The notes beneath the pieces are model-generated. The model did not search any database. It was not told the origin of the DNA and saw only the letters and a list, made by a program, of their open reading frames with translations. Below, piece after piece: positions 46,341-56,733 of a stretch of DNA of 64,000 bases; position 1 is the stretch's first letter, and every line of letters starts with the position of its first letter. The DNA is from a virus (taxonomy: Duplodnaviria; Caudoviricetes), in IMG/VR virus record IMGVR_UViG_3300002220_003476, positions 1 to 64,000 of that record; one strand, 5' to 3'. The translations under genes and the position numbers were made by a program.

Positions 46341-47709
46341 AATAGCTGGAGATATAGGATCTGAAAGATTTATATTAACCGCTTTAGCCCAAAAAGGAGT
46401 AGAAGCATACACAGAAATACAAGAAATAATTGATAATAATTGTTTTTTTGATATTAATAACAGATCCATTTTTCAAGTATTAGCAAACGGCCTAAACTCA
46501 CATGAAAAAATAGATATACCAACTTTTTTATCAATATCTAATGATCTAGGTTATTACACGCAGTTATCATCAAAAGATAATCTTAATTATATTAAGGCTA
46601 TATTTTCTTCTTCAATAGTTTTAGAAAATCTTGTGAAAATAGCTACAAAACTAAAAAAAATATCTATTACATATAAACTGCAATGCTCATTAGAACAAGC
46701 TCATTCTAAACTAAATAATATAACAGGTAATGAACCGATAGATGAGATACTATCAATTGTAGAAGATCAAACATCTAATATAGCAGATCATTTAATTGAT
46801 AGTAATGACGACCCACAATTGTTATATCAAGATATTGATGAACATTTATTGCATTTGGAAGAAAATCCATGCGATCAAGTTGGTATATCATCTGGTTATC
46901 CGATGTATGACTATATGATTGGAGGAGGGTTTAGAGCAGGTTATATTAACCTTGTAGTTGCAAGACCAAAAAGTGGAAAAAGTGTATTAGCACTAAATAT
47001 TGGTACTAATATAGCAATAAATAATATTCCAATTCTTTATTTAGATACAGAAATGGATGACGAATTACAAAAAAATAGGGCGGTTTCAGCTTTTACTGCA
47101 ACTTCACCAAGAGATATTGAAACTGGTAAATTTTCTAGACTCGCTAAAAGAGATATGATTTATCAAACTATGCGACAGTATAAAAATATACCATTCAGAT
47201 ACAAACGCATTGCTGGTAAGCCATTTGATGAGATTTTATCTATTATTAAAAGATGGTTGATTAAATACGTAGGTAAAGACGATAGTGGAAAATATAAACC
47301 ATCGGTAATTATATACGATTATTTTAAATTAATGAGTACAGACGACTTAGAAGGATTAAATGAACATCAAGCACTTGGATTTCAGCTTAGCAAATTAACA
47401 GATTTTCTAGGTAATAATAAAGTCTCTTGTTTAGCTTTTGTACAAGCTAATAGAGACGGTATAACCAAAGAAACAACAGATATTGTTAGTCAGTCAGATA
47501 GATTAACATGGTTATGTGCATCGCTATGTCTTCTAAGAAAAAAAACTTCTGAGGAAATAGCCAACGAAGGAATTGATCGAGGTAATAGAAAAATTATTCC
47601 AATGGATGGTATGAGATTTTCAGAAGGATTAAATGATGGAGATTGGATTAATATAAATATGGATAATTTTAGAATATATGAACTTGGAACACACCAGCAA
47701 CCAGTTTGA
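46333..47709 (+). CDS. dnaB: DnaB-like replicative helicase
   Basis: SSGY...D...GG, ARPKSGKS, DTEM, IYDY, Q.NR. Confidence 0.92.
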   Translation: MAKIAGDIGSERFILTALAQKGVEAYTEIQEIIDNNCFFDINNRSIFQVLANGLNSHEKIDIPTFLSISNDLGYYTQLSSKDNLNYIKAIFSSSIVLENLVKIATKLKKISITYKLQCSLEQAHSKLNNITGNEPIDEILSIVEDQTSNIADHLIDSNDDPQLLYQDIDEHLLHLEENPCDQVGISSGYPMYDYMIGGGFRAGYINLVVARPKSGKSVLALNIGTNIAINNIPILYLDTEMDDELQKNRAVSAFTATSPRDIETGKFSRLAKRDMIYQTMRQYKNIPFRYKRIAGKPFDEILSIIKRWLIKYVGKDDSGKYKPSVIIYDYFKLMSTDDLEGLNEHQALGFQLSKLTDFLGNNKVSCLAFVQANRDGITKETTDIVSQSDRLTWLCASLCLLRKKTSEEIANEGIDRGNRKIIPMDGMRFSEGLNDGDWININMDNFRIYELGTHQQPV

Positions 47710-48739
47710 TTTAACAGAAAATATTAGAGATATTTTAAATCTTTTAGGTATAGAATATCAAGATTATCATAATAGAATAACATTTCAGTGTCCTTTACAT
47801 GATTCTAATAAAAGTGATAGTTTATCTATTTTATTGGAAGGTAGTAATAAAAACGGTTTATGGTGTTGTTGGACTCAAAGATGTGAAACTAAATATGGAT
47901 ATGGATTATTTAATTTAGTAAAAGGCATATTATCAGTACAACAAAACAAAGATATTTCAAACAATGAAGTATATAAATTTGTTAAAAAATATGCAGAAGT
48001 AAGTAACTACAACTCTGATTTAAACCAGTATTCTAAATTGGTATCTACAAAACCTAAAGATATTAAATATAATATTGAAAGAGAAAAAATACGTAATTCA
48101 ATTCAGATACCAGCTAAATATTTTATTAATAGAGGTTATTCTCCTGAAATATTAAACAAGTATGATATTGGAACATGTACTACAAAAGGTAAAAAATTCT
48201 TCACAAGAATAATAGTCCCAGTGTATGATGAAAATTATAATTACGTTGGATGTACAAGCAGATCTCCAAATCCAGAATGTAATAAATGCGGTGGCTATCA
48301 TATAGGAAAATGTCCATCAAATAATCTGGAAAAGTTTTGGTCTAGCAAATGGTTAAATAGTGATGATTTTTATTGCGGTAATCATTTATATAACATATGG
48401 TTTGCTCAGGAGCAAATTATTAAAACTGGTACAATAATCCTAGTGGAAGGTCCACCTGACATTTGGAGGCTCGCAGAAGCTGGTATATACAACTCTATAG
48501 CTGTATTTGGAGACAAGCTCACGGAAGAGCAACAAAACAAATTAAATAATTTACCAGTATTCAATATGGTAATTTTGACAGATAATGATAAAGCTGGAAA
48601 AACAGCAAGATCAAATATAGAACTACAATGTAAAAGATATTATAATATCATACATAAACAAACCATAAACAAAGATTGTGGAGATTCATCCACTCAAGAA
48701 TTAAGAGAACTATTAAAGGATTTCATATGCAAAAAATAA
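47678..48739 (+). CDS. DnaG-like primase
   Basis: CPLH...CW zinc finger, VEGPPD, TDNDKAG TOPRIM; extra CxxC...H...C insertion. Confidence 0.9.
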   Translation: MNLEHTSNQFDLTENIRDILNLLGIEYQDYHNRITFQCPLHDSNKSDSLSILLEGSNKNGLWCCWTQRCETKYGYGLFNLVKGILSVQQNKDISNNEVYKFVKKYAEVSNYNSDLNQYSKLVSTKPKDIKYNIEREKIRNSIQIPAKYFINRGYSPEILNKYDIGTCTTKGKKFFTRIIVPVYDENYNYVGCTSRSPNPECNKCGGYHIGKCPSNNLEKFWSSKWLNSDDFYCGNHLYNIWFAQEQIIKTGTIILVEGPPDIWRLAEAGIYNSIAVFGDKLTEEQQNKLNNLPVFNMVILTDNDKAGKTARSNIELQCKRYYNIIHKQTINKDCGDSSTQELRELLKDFICKK

Positions 48740-49506
48740 TTATTATTTCAGGTAAAAAGCAGTCTGGTAAAAGCTCATTAAGAAATTATATTATGGGTAG
48801 AAAGATTGTTGATTCAGGTAAATCTTGGGATAGATTTAATATATCTACAACCGGAGAACTTATGGTTCCTACCGGTAAACAATATTTGGAAGTATTAGAC
48901 TTAAACAATAATCATCCAGAATTTTCTACTTACGCACAACAGTTTATTTGGCCATACGCTAAAAATTATTCAATAGCAAATTCTCTAAAATATATTGCAA
49001 TTAATATGTTCGGTGTAGAGTATTCACAATGCTTTGGATCAGATGAAGATAAAAACAAGCCAACCAATATTAGATGGTCTGATATAAAGTTTGCTCTACC
49101 CCCAAGATCAATTGGTAAACTTAGAGAAGATTTTAAACTGGAAGAGTTTATGACAGGAAGGGAGTTTTTAGAAAATTTTGGAAAAATGTGTAGAATGGTT
49201 AAAGAAACATGTTTTGTTGATAACTGTATTAATGAAATTACATTCGAAGCATATCCACTCGTTGTTGTTGACGATATTCGTTATCCAGATGAATTGACTA
49301 GCTTTTATGATCTAGAAAAAGATAACGAAGTTGAAATATTTTCAATACGATTATTAAGAGATGAATTTAAAAGTAAGTCAGAGCCAGAAACAGCGTTGGA
49401 CGACTATCCAATAGATGTATGGAATGTTGTTGTTCCAGAAGATGCGACTATTGTCGAAAAAAATGAATTGATAGCAGAAGCATTAATTAATCGTGGATGG
49501 CTCTAA
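48727..49506 (+). CDS. deoxynucleoside monophosphate kinase
   Basis: SGKKQSGKS, A..LK, REFLE.FG, VDDIRYPDE, SETALD. Confidence 0.85.
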   Translation: MQKIIIISGKKQSGKSSLRNYIMGRKIVDSGKSWDRFNISTTGELMVPTGKQYLEVLDLNNNHPEFSTYAQQFIWPYAKNYSIANSLKYIAINMFGVEYSQCFGSDEDKNKPTNIRWSDIKFALPPRSIGKLREDFKLEEFMTGREFLENFGKMCRMVKETCFVDNCINEITFEAYPLVVVDDIRYPDELTSFYDLEKDNEVEIFSIRLLRDEFKSKSEPETALDDYPIDVWNVVVPEDATIVEKNELIAEALINRGWL

Positions 49507-49521
49507 CATTTAGGTGTTATC

Positions 49522-50634
49522 ATTATAATAACATATTTTCGTTCTTCATCTTACAATGACTGGGATTACTGTCAGCAAAAATATTTTATGACATATGTTT
49601 TAGGCTACCAAGATGAAACAAATAAAAAAGCAGAAAAAGGTACTGTAACCCATAAAGTTTTAGAGTGTTTGGCTCTGCTGAAATTAGCAGTTCAAAACAA
49701 TAAAAAATATATCACGGATGATGTACTAGGAAAATATAAATTTAATCATGAAGACTTATTAACTAGCACAAAATTAACTGATGATCTAGTAGATAGTATA
49801 AATAAAGAAAGATCATATAAATCAAAATATACTTGGCCGTGTACGATTAAATATAATCATGTAAGACACGGAGTTGATATAGTATATGATATATTTAATA
49901 TTGTCTATGACTATTATTCCAGTAGAAGTAAGCATGAATGGTCTAAAACCGATAAAAAGGATTGTTGGCATTGGATATGGATTCCACTAGATTTAAGAAA
50001 CGGTTTATATGACCCTCGTAAAAGAGAAATATATAGTCCAGAACAGAAATTTGATATTACGTTAGATTTTGATTGGGCTAAATATGAATATGAACACGAA
50101 GGAAAAATAATCAGTGGGCAACTTGCTCTTAAAGGGACTATTGACTTAATTACAAGATTAGATGAAAGAACACTGGAAATAATAGATTGGAAAAGTGGGC
50201 AGAGAAAAAACTGGGCAACTGGTGATGTTAAAACATTAGAATATCTTCATAATGATCATCAGCTTATGTTATACTACTATGCTTTACATAAATTGATTAA
50301 AGATCATGATATTATGATGACCATTTACTACAATAGATGTGGTGGACCCTTTACTCCTGTATTTGAACATTCTCATCTAAAAAAGATGGAAAAATATCTC
50401 CAAAAAAGGTTTGAAACTATCAAGAAAAACAGTCTACCAAAATTATGTCATCCAGAACAAAAAGATATTAAATGCAGTTGGTGTTCTTTCTATAAAAATA
50501 AGTTTGCAAATGATAATATGAATATGTGTAACAGAATTCATGAAGAAATAAAAAGTCAAGGAATAGAAGAAGTGGTCGAACAATACAAAGTTAAAGATCA
50601 TAAATTCGATAAGTATTCATGTCCAGGAGAATAA
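49522..50634 (+). CDS. PD-(D/E)XK (Cas4/RecB-like) nuclease, probable ATT start
   Basis: In-frame extension IIITYFRSSSYNDWDYCQQKYF upstream of ATG 49588; GTIDL...IIDWKSG, QL..Y, Cys cluster. Confidence 0.8.
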   Translation: MIITYFRSSSYNDWDYCQQKYFMTYVLGYQDETNKKAEKGTVTHKVLECLALLKLAVQNNKKYITDDVLGKYKFNHEDLLTSTKLTDDLVDSINKERSYKSKYTWPCTIKYNHVRHGVDIVYDIFNIVYDYYSSRSKHEWSKTDKKDCWHWIWIPLDLRNGLYDPRKREIYSPEQKFDITLDFDWAKYEYEHEGKIISGQLALKGTIDLITRLDERTLEIIDWKSGQRKNWATGDVKTLEYLHNDHQLMLYYYALHKLIKDHDIMMTIYYNRCGGPFTPVFEHSHLKKMEKYLQKRFETIKKNSLPKLCHPEQKDIKCSWCSFYKNKFANDNMNMCNRIHEEIKSQGIEEVVEQYKVKDHKFDKYSCPGE

Positions 50635-52476
50635 ATGTTTGTACCAAATCACTTACATACAAAATATTCTTTAATGGATTCTGATATTAGAGCAGATAAA
50701 CTTGCAAAAAAATGTGTAGAATATGAATATCCAGCTTGCACAATAACAGACCACGGAAATATTGCTGGGGTTGTTGAGTTTTCAAATGCTCTTCTAAAAG
50801 AAGGTATTAAACCTATAAATGGTATCGAATTGTATGTTTCGTCATTAGATGCGACAATTAAGAGTGATCTGAACAAAAAATTATTACATATGGTATGTCT
50901 TGCTAAAAACAAGCAAGGGTTTTATGATTTATGTAAAATTGTATCAAGATCCAATGATGACGATGTATTTTATTATAAACCAAGATTAGATCTCAACAAA
51001 CTTGGTGAATTAAAAACTAATAACTTGTTATGGTTTACTGGTCATCCTGGCAGCATTCTATTTGATGCTATTATGAATGAAGGAAAAATACATAGTGATT
51101 CAATACCAAATAGTGTTCGTATGATTAATCGTATGATTGACCTCTTTGGTAAAGAAAATTTATTTATTGAAGTTCAACGAGTTTGCTATCATAATAGTGA
51201 ATATTCAGATATATTAACGGAAATATCTCAAAGAACAGGCGTTAAAACTATTGCGTGTATAGACGCACACTATGTTGATAAAGCCGACGTAAAAAATCAG
51301 AGATTATTATTAGCGTCTTCTCTAGGGACAAATTTAGTCAGATGGAAACAAGATCTAGCCCATTCTGGTATGTCTTCTTTTTTCCTTCAAGATCATTATC
51401 ATATACCATCATATAAAGAGTTGAAAGCTGTTCACACTGAAGAAGAGTTAAAAAACAACTTATTGATAAACGATATGTGTGAATCTTATAGTTTAAAAAA
51501 TAAACCATCTCTGCCAAGGTTTGAATGCCCAAATGGTATGACTGAAGAATTATACCTAAAAGACTTATGCAGACAAGGTTGGAGAAACATTTTACAAAAA
51601 CGAAATGTAGTTGATGATAAATTTAAACAAAATCAATATGCAGAACGAGTTCTAACAGAACTAGATGTGATCTCAGAATATGATTTATCTGGATATTTTC
51701 TTATTGTTCAAGATGTAATTAAATGGGCAAGAGATCAAACTTTTTTAAATACTGGAAGGGGTTCTGCTGCTGGTAGTTTAGTATCATATTTACTTGGTAT
51801 AACACTTGTAGATCCAATTCCTTATAATTTGTTATTTACCAGATTCTTAAATAGAGGAAGGTTTACAAAAGATCACTTTGAATATCCTGATATTGATATG
51901 GATTTTCCCGGCGATTTTAGAGAAAAAGCTATTGATTATGTTAAAGAAAAGTATGGTAAGAATAGAGTTGGTAAAGTTGCAACATTTGGCACATTACATG
52001 GCGCTGGAGCAATTAAAGAAGTGTTAAGAATGCATCAAGCTGTTTCTCCAACAGAGATGGATCAAATAACAAAATATATTCCACAAGAAGCAGATGTATC
52101 AGATCATATGTCATCTCAGGAGGAAAAATCTATTATTAGATATACATTAAGAAACATGCCTTCAGTATTAGAAGAATATTGTACTATTGATGACAAAGAT
52201 GTTTTGCATGGTAAATTAGCTTCATATTTTCAGCAATCAATTGAAATTGAAGGTGCTGTTAAGTCTCAGGGAGTTCATGCTGCTGGTCTTATTATATCGG
52301 CAAATGACTTAAATGAATCTTGTCCAATGGTAAGATCAAAAGATGGAGAAAAAATGTGTGGCATAGAAATGGATGGATTAAAGGATATGGGTTTTATTAA
52401 ATTTGATTTTTTATCAGTAAATAGTTATTCAAAATTAAACAGAGTCAATGAATTATTAAGAGGCAGCAATGTATAG
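50635..52476 (+). CDS. dnaE: DNA polymerase III alpha, N-terminal subunit (PHP + palm)
   Basis: HLHTKYS, TDHGN, GRGSAAGSLV, RFL...R, PDIDMDF, HAAG, KFDFL. Confidence 0.92.
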   Translation: MFVPNHLHTKYSLMDSDIRADKLAKKCVEYEYPACTITDHGNIAGVVEFSNALLKEGIKPINGIELYVSSLDATIKSDLNKKLLHMVCLAKNKQGFYDLCKIVSRSNDDDVFYYKPRLDLNKLGELKTNNLLWFTGHPGSILFDAIMNEGKIHSDSIPNSVRMINRMIDLFGKENLFIEVQRVCYHNSEYSDILTEISQRTGVKTIACIDAHYVDKADVKNQRLLLASSLGTNLVRWKQDLAHSGMSSFFLQDHYHIPSYKELKAVHTEEELKNNLLINDMCESYSLKNKPSLPRFECPNGMTEELYLKDLCRQGWRNILQKRNVVDDKFKQNQYAERVLTELDVISEYDLSGYFLIVQDVIKWARDQTFLNTGRGSAAGSLVSYLLGITLVDPIPYNLLFTRFLNRGRFTKDHFEYPDIDMDFPGDFREKAIDYVKEKYGKNRVGKVATFGTLHGAGAIKEVLRMHQAVSPTEMDQITKYIPQEADVSDHMSSQEEKSIIRYTLRNMPSVLEEYCTIDDKDVLHGKLASYFQQSIEIEGAVKSQGVHAAGLIISANDLNESCPMVRSKDGEKMCGIEMDGLKDMGFIKFDFLSVNSYSKLNRVNELLRGSNV

Positions 52477-52831
52477 TATTATGAATACTAAGTCTAAAAT
52501 TATTGCATCAAATATACCAACATATGAATTAGCTGCACGAATATGCAAAAGCATAGGAGAAAGTTGGATTATATCTCCATCTGGTGGAGTTTGTAAGGAA
52601 TACCTAGAAGAAGATGTAGACAAGTTTCATCTTTATCAAGTATTAATGATGGGTAATACTATTGAATACAATAAGCTTATTCTAACAACCATCAAAAGAT
52701 TTGGAGATAATAGATATCAAGTATATTGTGATTATGCAGAATTTAAATACAATGATCTATTTCTTGAAGCAGAAGAAGCAATTAATCTTTTTCTAAAAAT
52801 TAAAACAAAACTTAAAAATAAGAATTTATGA
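52469..52831 (+). CDS. hypothetical protein
   Basis: ORF between the dnaE halves. Confidence 0.5.
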   Translation: MYSIMNTKSKIIASNIPTYELAARICKSIGESWIISPSGGVCKEYLEEDVDKFHLYQVLMMGNTIEYNKLILTTIKRFGDNRYQVYCDYAEFKYNDLFLEAEEAINLFLKIKTKLKNKNL

Positions 52832-53220
52832 ATATAATTACAAATAAGATCTATATTGGATCATCACAAGATGCTATTACTGCTACAAATGATATAATAT
52901 TAAATGTAGCCATTGATTTAGAAACACATCCTAGTAATAATAGATTTAAAATTGGATTAATTGATGGTCCTGGTAATAAACAGGATACTTTTAATCAAGC
53001 TGTAGATTTTATAAAACAGAATATTAATAATGATATATTAGTTCATTGTCATTCTGGACATTATAGATCTGTTATGACTGTTGCTTGCGCCATATCAGAT
53101 GATATAGAATCTTTTAAAAAAAACCTGAACATAATTATGAATATAAGGGGTGTTCCCAATTATAGACAAGCATTATATGAACTAGCTTTAAATTACTTTA
53201 CAGAGAAAAAAATAATATGA
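52828..53220 (+). CDS. dual-specificity (CX5R) phosphatase-like protein
   Basis: IYIGS, LNVA, VHCHSGHYRS. Confidence 0.8.
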   Translation: MNIITNKIYIGSSQDAITATNDIILNVAIDLETHPSNNRFKIGLIDGPGNKQDTFNQAVDFIKQNINNDILVHCHSGHYRSVMTVACAISDDIESFKKNLNIIMNIRGVPNYRQALYELALNYFTEKKII

Positions 53221-53960
53221 TTAAAAACTATATAGTGTTTCGAGATTACGAAACAGCAGAAATGAATCCAAATAGTGCTCAAATTACAGAGTTAGCTGCT
53301 GTAATTATAGATCCTCGATCACTAGAGGTAATTCCAGAATCAGTATTTTGTTCTAAAGTTTGTCCAGAATGGGACGACGACAAAGCAACAAAAGCTGGTT
53401 GGCTACCAGTAAATTATAAATCATTAGAAGTTTGTGGTTTTACTAAGGCTGATTTAGAATATGCTCCACAGGCAAAATTTGTTTGGGGAGAATATCTTAA
53501 CTATCTCAACAGATATGGACTCAAAGGTAAAGCTGGTAATAATTGGAACGCACCTATTGTAGCTGGATTCAATTCAAGCAATTTTGATGATATTATTGAT
53601 TTAAATATGTGTTCTAAGTTTGGCCCAAAACTGGGAGCTAGAGGAGATTGGCCATTTTATCATCCAACAATTAAATTTGATTTAATGCAATTAATGCATA
53701 TTGTGTTAAATAATATTCAACTAAACGCTAGAAATAGTATGTCTATGGATACTATTAGAGAATATTTTGGTATGGACAATGACTTATCACACAGAGCAAG
53801 TTTTGACGTTTTACAAGGTGCAGAATTGTTTATTAAAGTTCTAAAACTGTTTAGAGCATTAACAGAAGGTACTGTTGAACTAACAAAAGGTAAGAAATTA
53901 GTATTCAAGAATTGCTTTGAAAAAGAAAATGCCAAAATACGAAAATTACTACAAGTTTAA
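53217..53960 (+). CDS. DnaQ-like 3'-5' exonuclease (DEDDh)
   Basis: DYET, FN..NFD, HRASFD. Confidence 0.88.
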   Translation: MIKNYIVFRDYETAEMNPNSAQITELAAVIIDPRSLEVIPESVFCSKVCPEWDDDKATKAGWLPVNYKSLEVCGFTKADLEYAPQAKFVWGEYLNYLNRYGLKGKAGNNWNAPIVAGFNSSNFDDIIDLNMCSKFGPKLGARGDWPFYHPTIKFDLMQLMHIVLNNIQLNARNSMSMDTIREYFGMDNDLSHRASFDVLQGAELFIKVLKLFRALTEGTVELTKGKKLVFKNCFEKENAKIRKLLQV

Positions 53961-56733
53961 TTGCGGTTGTGAATTTCCTATATTAGATGAAGAAATTAAA
54001 GGTGATAATCTTCCGTCAATAGAAATACCATATCAAGAATTGTGTTTAGATATGAATTATGGTAAAGTATGCCAAAAATCTTTCGATATGATTTCTGATG
54101 GAAAAAGTAAAGGAGTTTTTCAATTAGAAAGTTATCTTGGTAATAAATGGGGATCAGAATTAAAGCCGGATAACATTGAAGAATTAGCTGCCCTAATAAG
54201 CATAATTAGGCCTGGGTGTCTGTCCAAAACTACTCAGATATTAATTTCTGCCAATTATAGATTAGATAAAAACAATACTCGACAATATAAATATGTATCA
54301 ATTGAACAAATGTTCAAAAATAAAAAAAGATTTAAGAAAATTATATCAGTAAAAGAAAACACTGGTGAATTATTTTCTAATAAAATAACAGATATTATTT
54401 ATAGCGGTAAGAAGGAAGTGTTCAAATTAAATTTAACAACATATCTGAAAGAAAAAAATAAGGATAATTCATTTTGTTTTGCATTAAAATGTACATCTGA
54501 TCATCCAATATTAACATCAAAAGGTTATGTAGAATTAAAAGAATTAAAACCTGGAGATAAAGTAGCCGTATTACAAAAGGGATTACACAAAAAAACAAAC
54601 CCAAAACATGTTCACGGAACAGATAATCATAGAAATATATGTAATAAACATTATGAATATCACTGTGTTTTATGTGATTGGAAAAAAGGATCTTTAGACG
54701 TAAACCACTTGAATGGAAATACTTATCAAGATAATAATCCAGAAAATTTATGTTTTTTATGTCCAAATGATCATAGATTATATACTGAAGGCAAGGTTTC
54801 TAACGAAGAACTTATTACTAAAAGAAAAATATATGAATTACCAAGAATGAAAGATGTTGTTTGGGCCACATATTTAGGTAAAGAAAGTTTAGGAATTGAA
54901 GATACATATGATATATCTGTTGACGGTCCACATCATAATTTTATCGCCAATAATGTCGTGGTACACAATTGTTTAAATGCTATTTCTGAAGACAAATCAC
55001 TAACTCAACACTATGTCGACAGAAAATGGAATATTGAACAAACGATACCTCTAAACAAAGAACTTGAAGATTTACTTGATACAACTCATCAAATCATGAT
55101 TTATCAAGAAGATTCAATTCGTATTGCTTCTAAGATTGCCGGATTTACAGAAGAACAAGGGGACGTACTTCGAAAAAGCGTGGGTACCAAAAATATAGAA
55201 TTAATGAAGCAAGTAGAAAGCATGTTTACAGAGGGTTGTATTAAACGTGGACTTGTTATTGAAAGTGAAGCTAAAGAAATTTTTGACTGGATTAGAGAGA
55301 GTCAAAGATATTCATTTAACAAATGTTTATCTGGCATTACAATCTTGAAAGAAGAAAATAAAGGGTTTACATGCATACAAGACATACAAATTGGAGATAG
55401 AGTACTAGGACCGTCTGCTGAAAAAGGTGGCTCCTTTTATAAAGTTTTAGATGTTATTAATAATGGTAGAAAACTATGTTATACATACTGGCTATCCAAT
55501 AATTTATCTATTAAATGTACCGAGGATCACAAGGTAAAATCTAGAGGACAAATGATCCCAATTGGTCAAATTATTAAAAGAAAACAGCCGATAGATACAA
55601 TCTATGGTCCAGCTTTTATTTTATTGCAAAGTAAAGGATATTATACTGACACATATGATATTGAGATCGACTCAAAAAAACATGTATTTTATGCCAACGG
55701 AATAGCGGTATCAAATTCACACGCTGTATCCTATGGCTACATTAGTTATCTAACAGCTCTAGTTAAACATCATTTTCCTCTTCATTTTTTCTGTTCTTGG
55801 TTGCAACTTGCAAGAGAAAAACAAAAACCTCATGAAGAAATCAGAGAACTTTTTGAAGAGAGTAAAAAGATGAACATTAACATTATTACACCAAACTTAG
55901 AAACACTTAACTTAAATGATAATGATGTGTGTATCTATAATAATAATATACATTTCGGACTGAAGTGTATGAAAAAAATAGGTGATTCAAGTATTAAGGC
56001 TATTCATAGTCTATTAACAGAAAAACAAAGTAAGTTTGGACATATCAACACTTGGTCTTGGAACAAAATTTTATATGAACTATTAATCAATATAAAATCA
56101 GACTGTGCTTATGCTTTAATTACTGGAGGCGTATTAGATAGGCTTCGAATTTCTAGAAATAGAATGTTAAATGAATATGAAAAATTGAGAGCTTTAACAA
56201 AAAAACAGTTAGAATTTTTACAATCTACAGTTGAAGACGAGGAACCTTTTACAGATTCATTAAGAAGGCTATATGAAAAAGTAAATAAAACACAAAAAGA
56301 TAAAATTAATAGTATAATAACACTACAAGAAAATACTGTTATATCTGAACAAGATAGAATCCCTTGGATAATATCACAAGAAAAAACTATTTATGGTGTA
56401 CCAGTAACATATTCATCAATAGATGCGTTAAAAAAGGGTTCTCCTGGACAAGATAAATGTGAAGACTTTCTATCTGAACAAACAAATTTTATAATTGCTG
56501 GAGAGATTCAAAACTTAAGAGTGTTCAAAATTAAAAAAGATGGACCAAATAAAGGTAAAACAATGTCTAGTTTTGAACTTGTTGATGATACAGGATCTGT
56601 TAATTGTGTATTATTTGATAATATCTATGAAATAGAAAAGGATAAGCTATATGATGGAAATTTAATTGTGGTACAAGGATATAAATCAAAAACAAAATCA
56701 TTATCAGTTAAATCTATGAAGGAAATTTATTAA
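53929..56733 (+). CDS. dnaE: DNA polymerase III alpha, C-terminal subunit with two inteins
   Basis: G.SKGVFQLES, IRPG, IYQE, LRKSVG, YSFNK|SHAVSY, I.FGL..MK.IG, OB fold. Confidence 0.9.
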   Translation: MPKYENYYKFNCGCEFPILDEEIKGDNLPSIEIPYQELCLDMNYGKVCQKSFDMISDGKSKGVFQLESYLGNKWGSELKPDNIEELAALISIIRPGCLSKTTQILISANYRLDKNNTRQYKYVSIEQMFKNKKRFKKIISVKENTGELFSNKITDIIYSGKKEVFKLNLTTYLKEKNKDNSFCFALKCTSDHPILTSKGYVELKELKPGDKVAVLQKGLHKKTNPKHVHGTDNHRNICNKHYEYHCVLCDWKKGSLDVNHLNGNTYQDNNPENLCFLCPNDHRLYTEGKVSNEELITKRKIYELPRMKDVVWATYLGKESLGIEDTYDISVDGPHHNFIANNVVVHNCLNAISEDKSLTQHYVDRKWNIEQTIPLNKELEDLLDTTHQIMIYQEDSIRIASKIAGFTEEQGDVLRKSVGTKNIELMKQVESMFTEGCIKRGLVIESEAKEIFDWIRESQRYSFNKCLSGITILKEENKGFTCIQDIQIGDRVLGPSAEKGGSFYKVLDVINNGRKLCYTYWLSNNLSIKCTEDHKVKSRGQMIPIGQIIKRKQPIDTIYGPAFILLQSKGYYTDTYDIEIDSKKHVFYANGIAVSNSHAVSYGYISYLTALVKHHFPLHFFCSWLQLAREKQKPHEEIRELFEESKKMNINIITPNLETLNLNDNDVCIYNNNIHFGLKCMKKIGDSSIKAIHSLLTEKQSKFGHINTWSWNKILYELLINIKSDCAYALITGGVLDRLRISRNRMLNEYEKLRALTKKQLEFLQSTVEDEEPFTDSLRRLYEKVNKTQKDKINSIITLQENTVISEQDRIPWIISQEKTIYGVPVTYSSIDALKKGSPGQDKCEDFLSEQTNFIIAGEIQNLRVFKIKKDGPNKGKTMSSFELVDDTGSVNCVLFDNIYEIEKDKLYDGNLIVVQGYKSKTKSLSVKSMKEIY
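54217..54969 (+). mobile_element. intein with HNH endonuclease domain (251 aa)
   Basis: PG|CLSKTT ... TSDH ... CVLC...NHLNG...NNPENL..LCPNDH ... VVHN|C. Confidence 0.88.
55324..55716 (+). mobile_element. mini-intein (131 aa) at the FNK|SH site
   Basis: NK|CLSGIT ... TEDH ... YDIEI...YANGIAVSN|SH. Confidence 0.9.

Noticed and set aside
49522-50634. Cas4 as evidence of a CRISPR system
   Set aside because: Stand-alone Cas4-like/RecB-like nucleases are common in phage replication modules; no array or other cas genes are present
52400-54000. Split intein joining the two dnaE genes
   Set aside because: No Cys/Ser-initiated IntN at the end of the N gene and no HN/SN-terminated IntC at the start of the C gene
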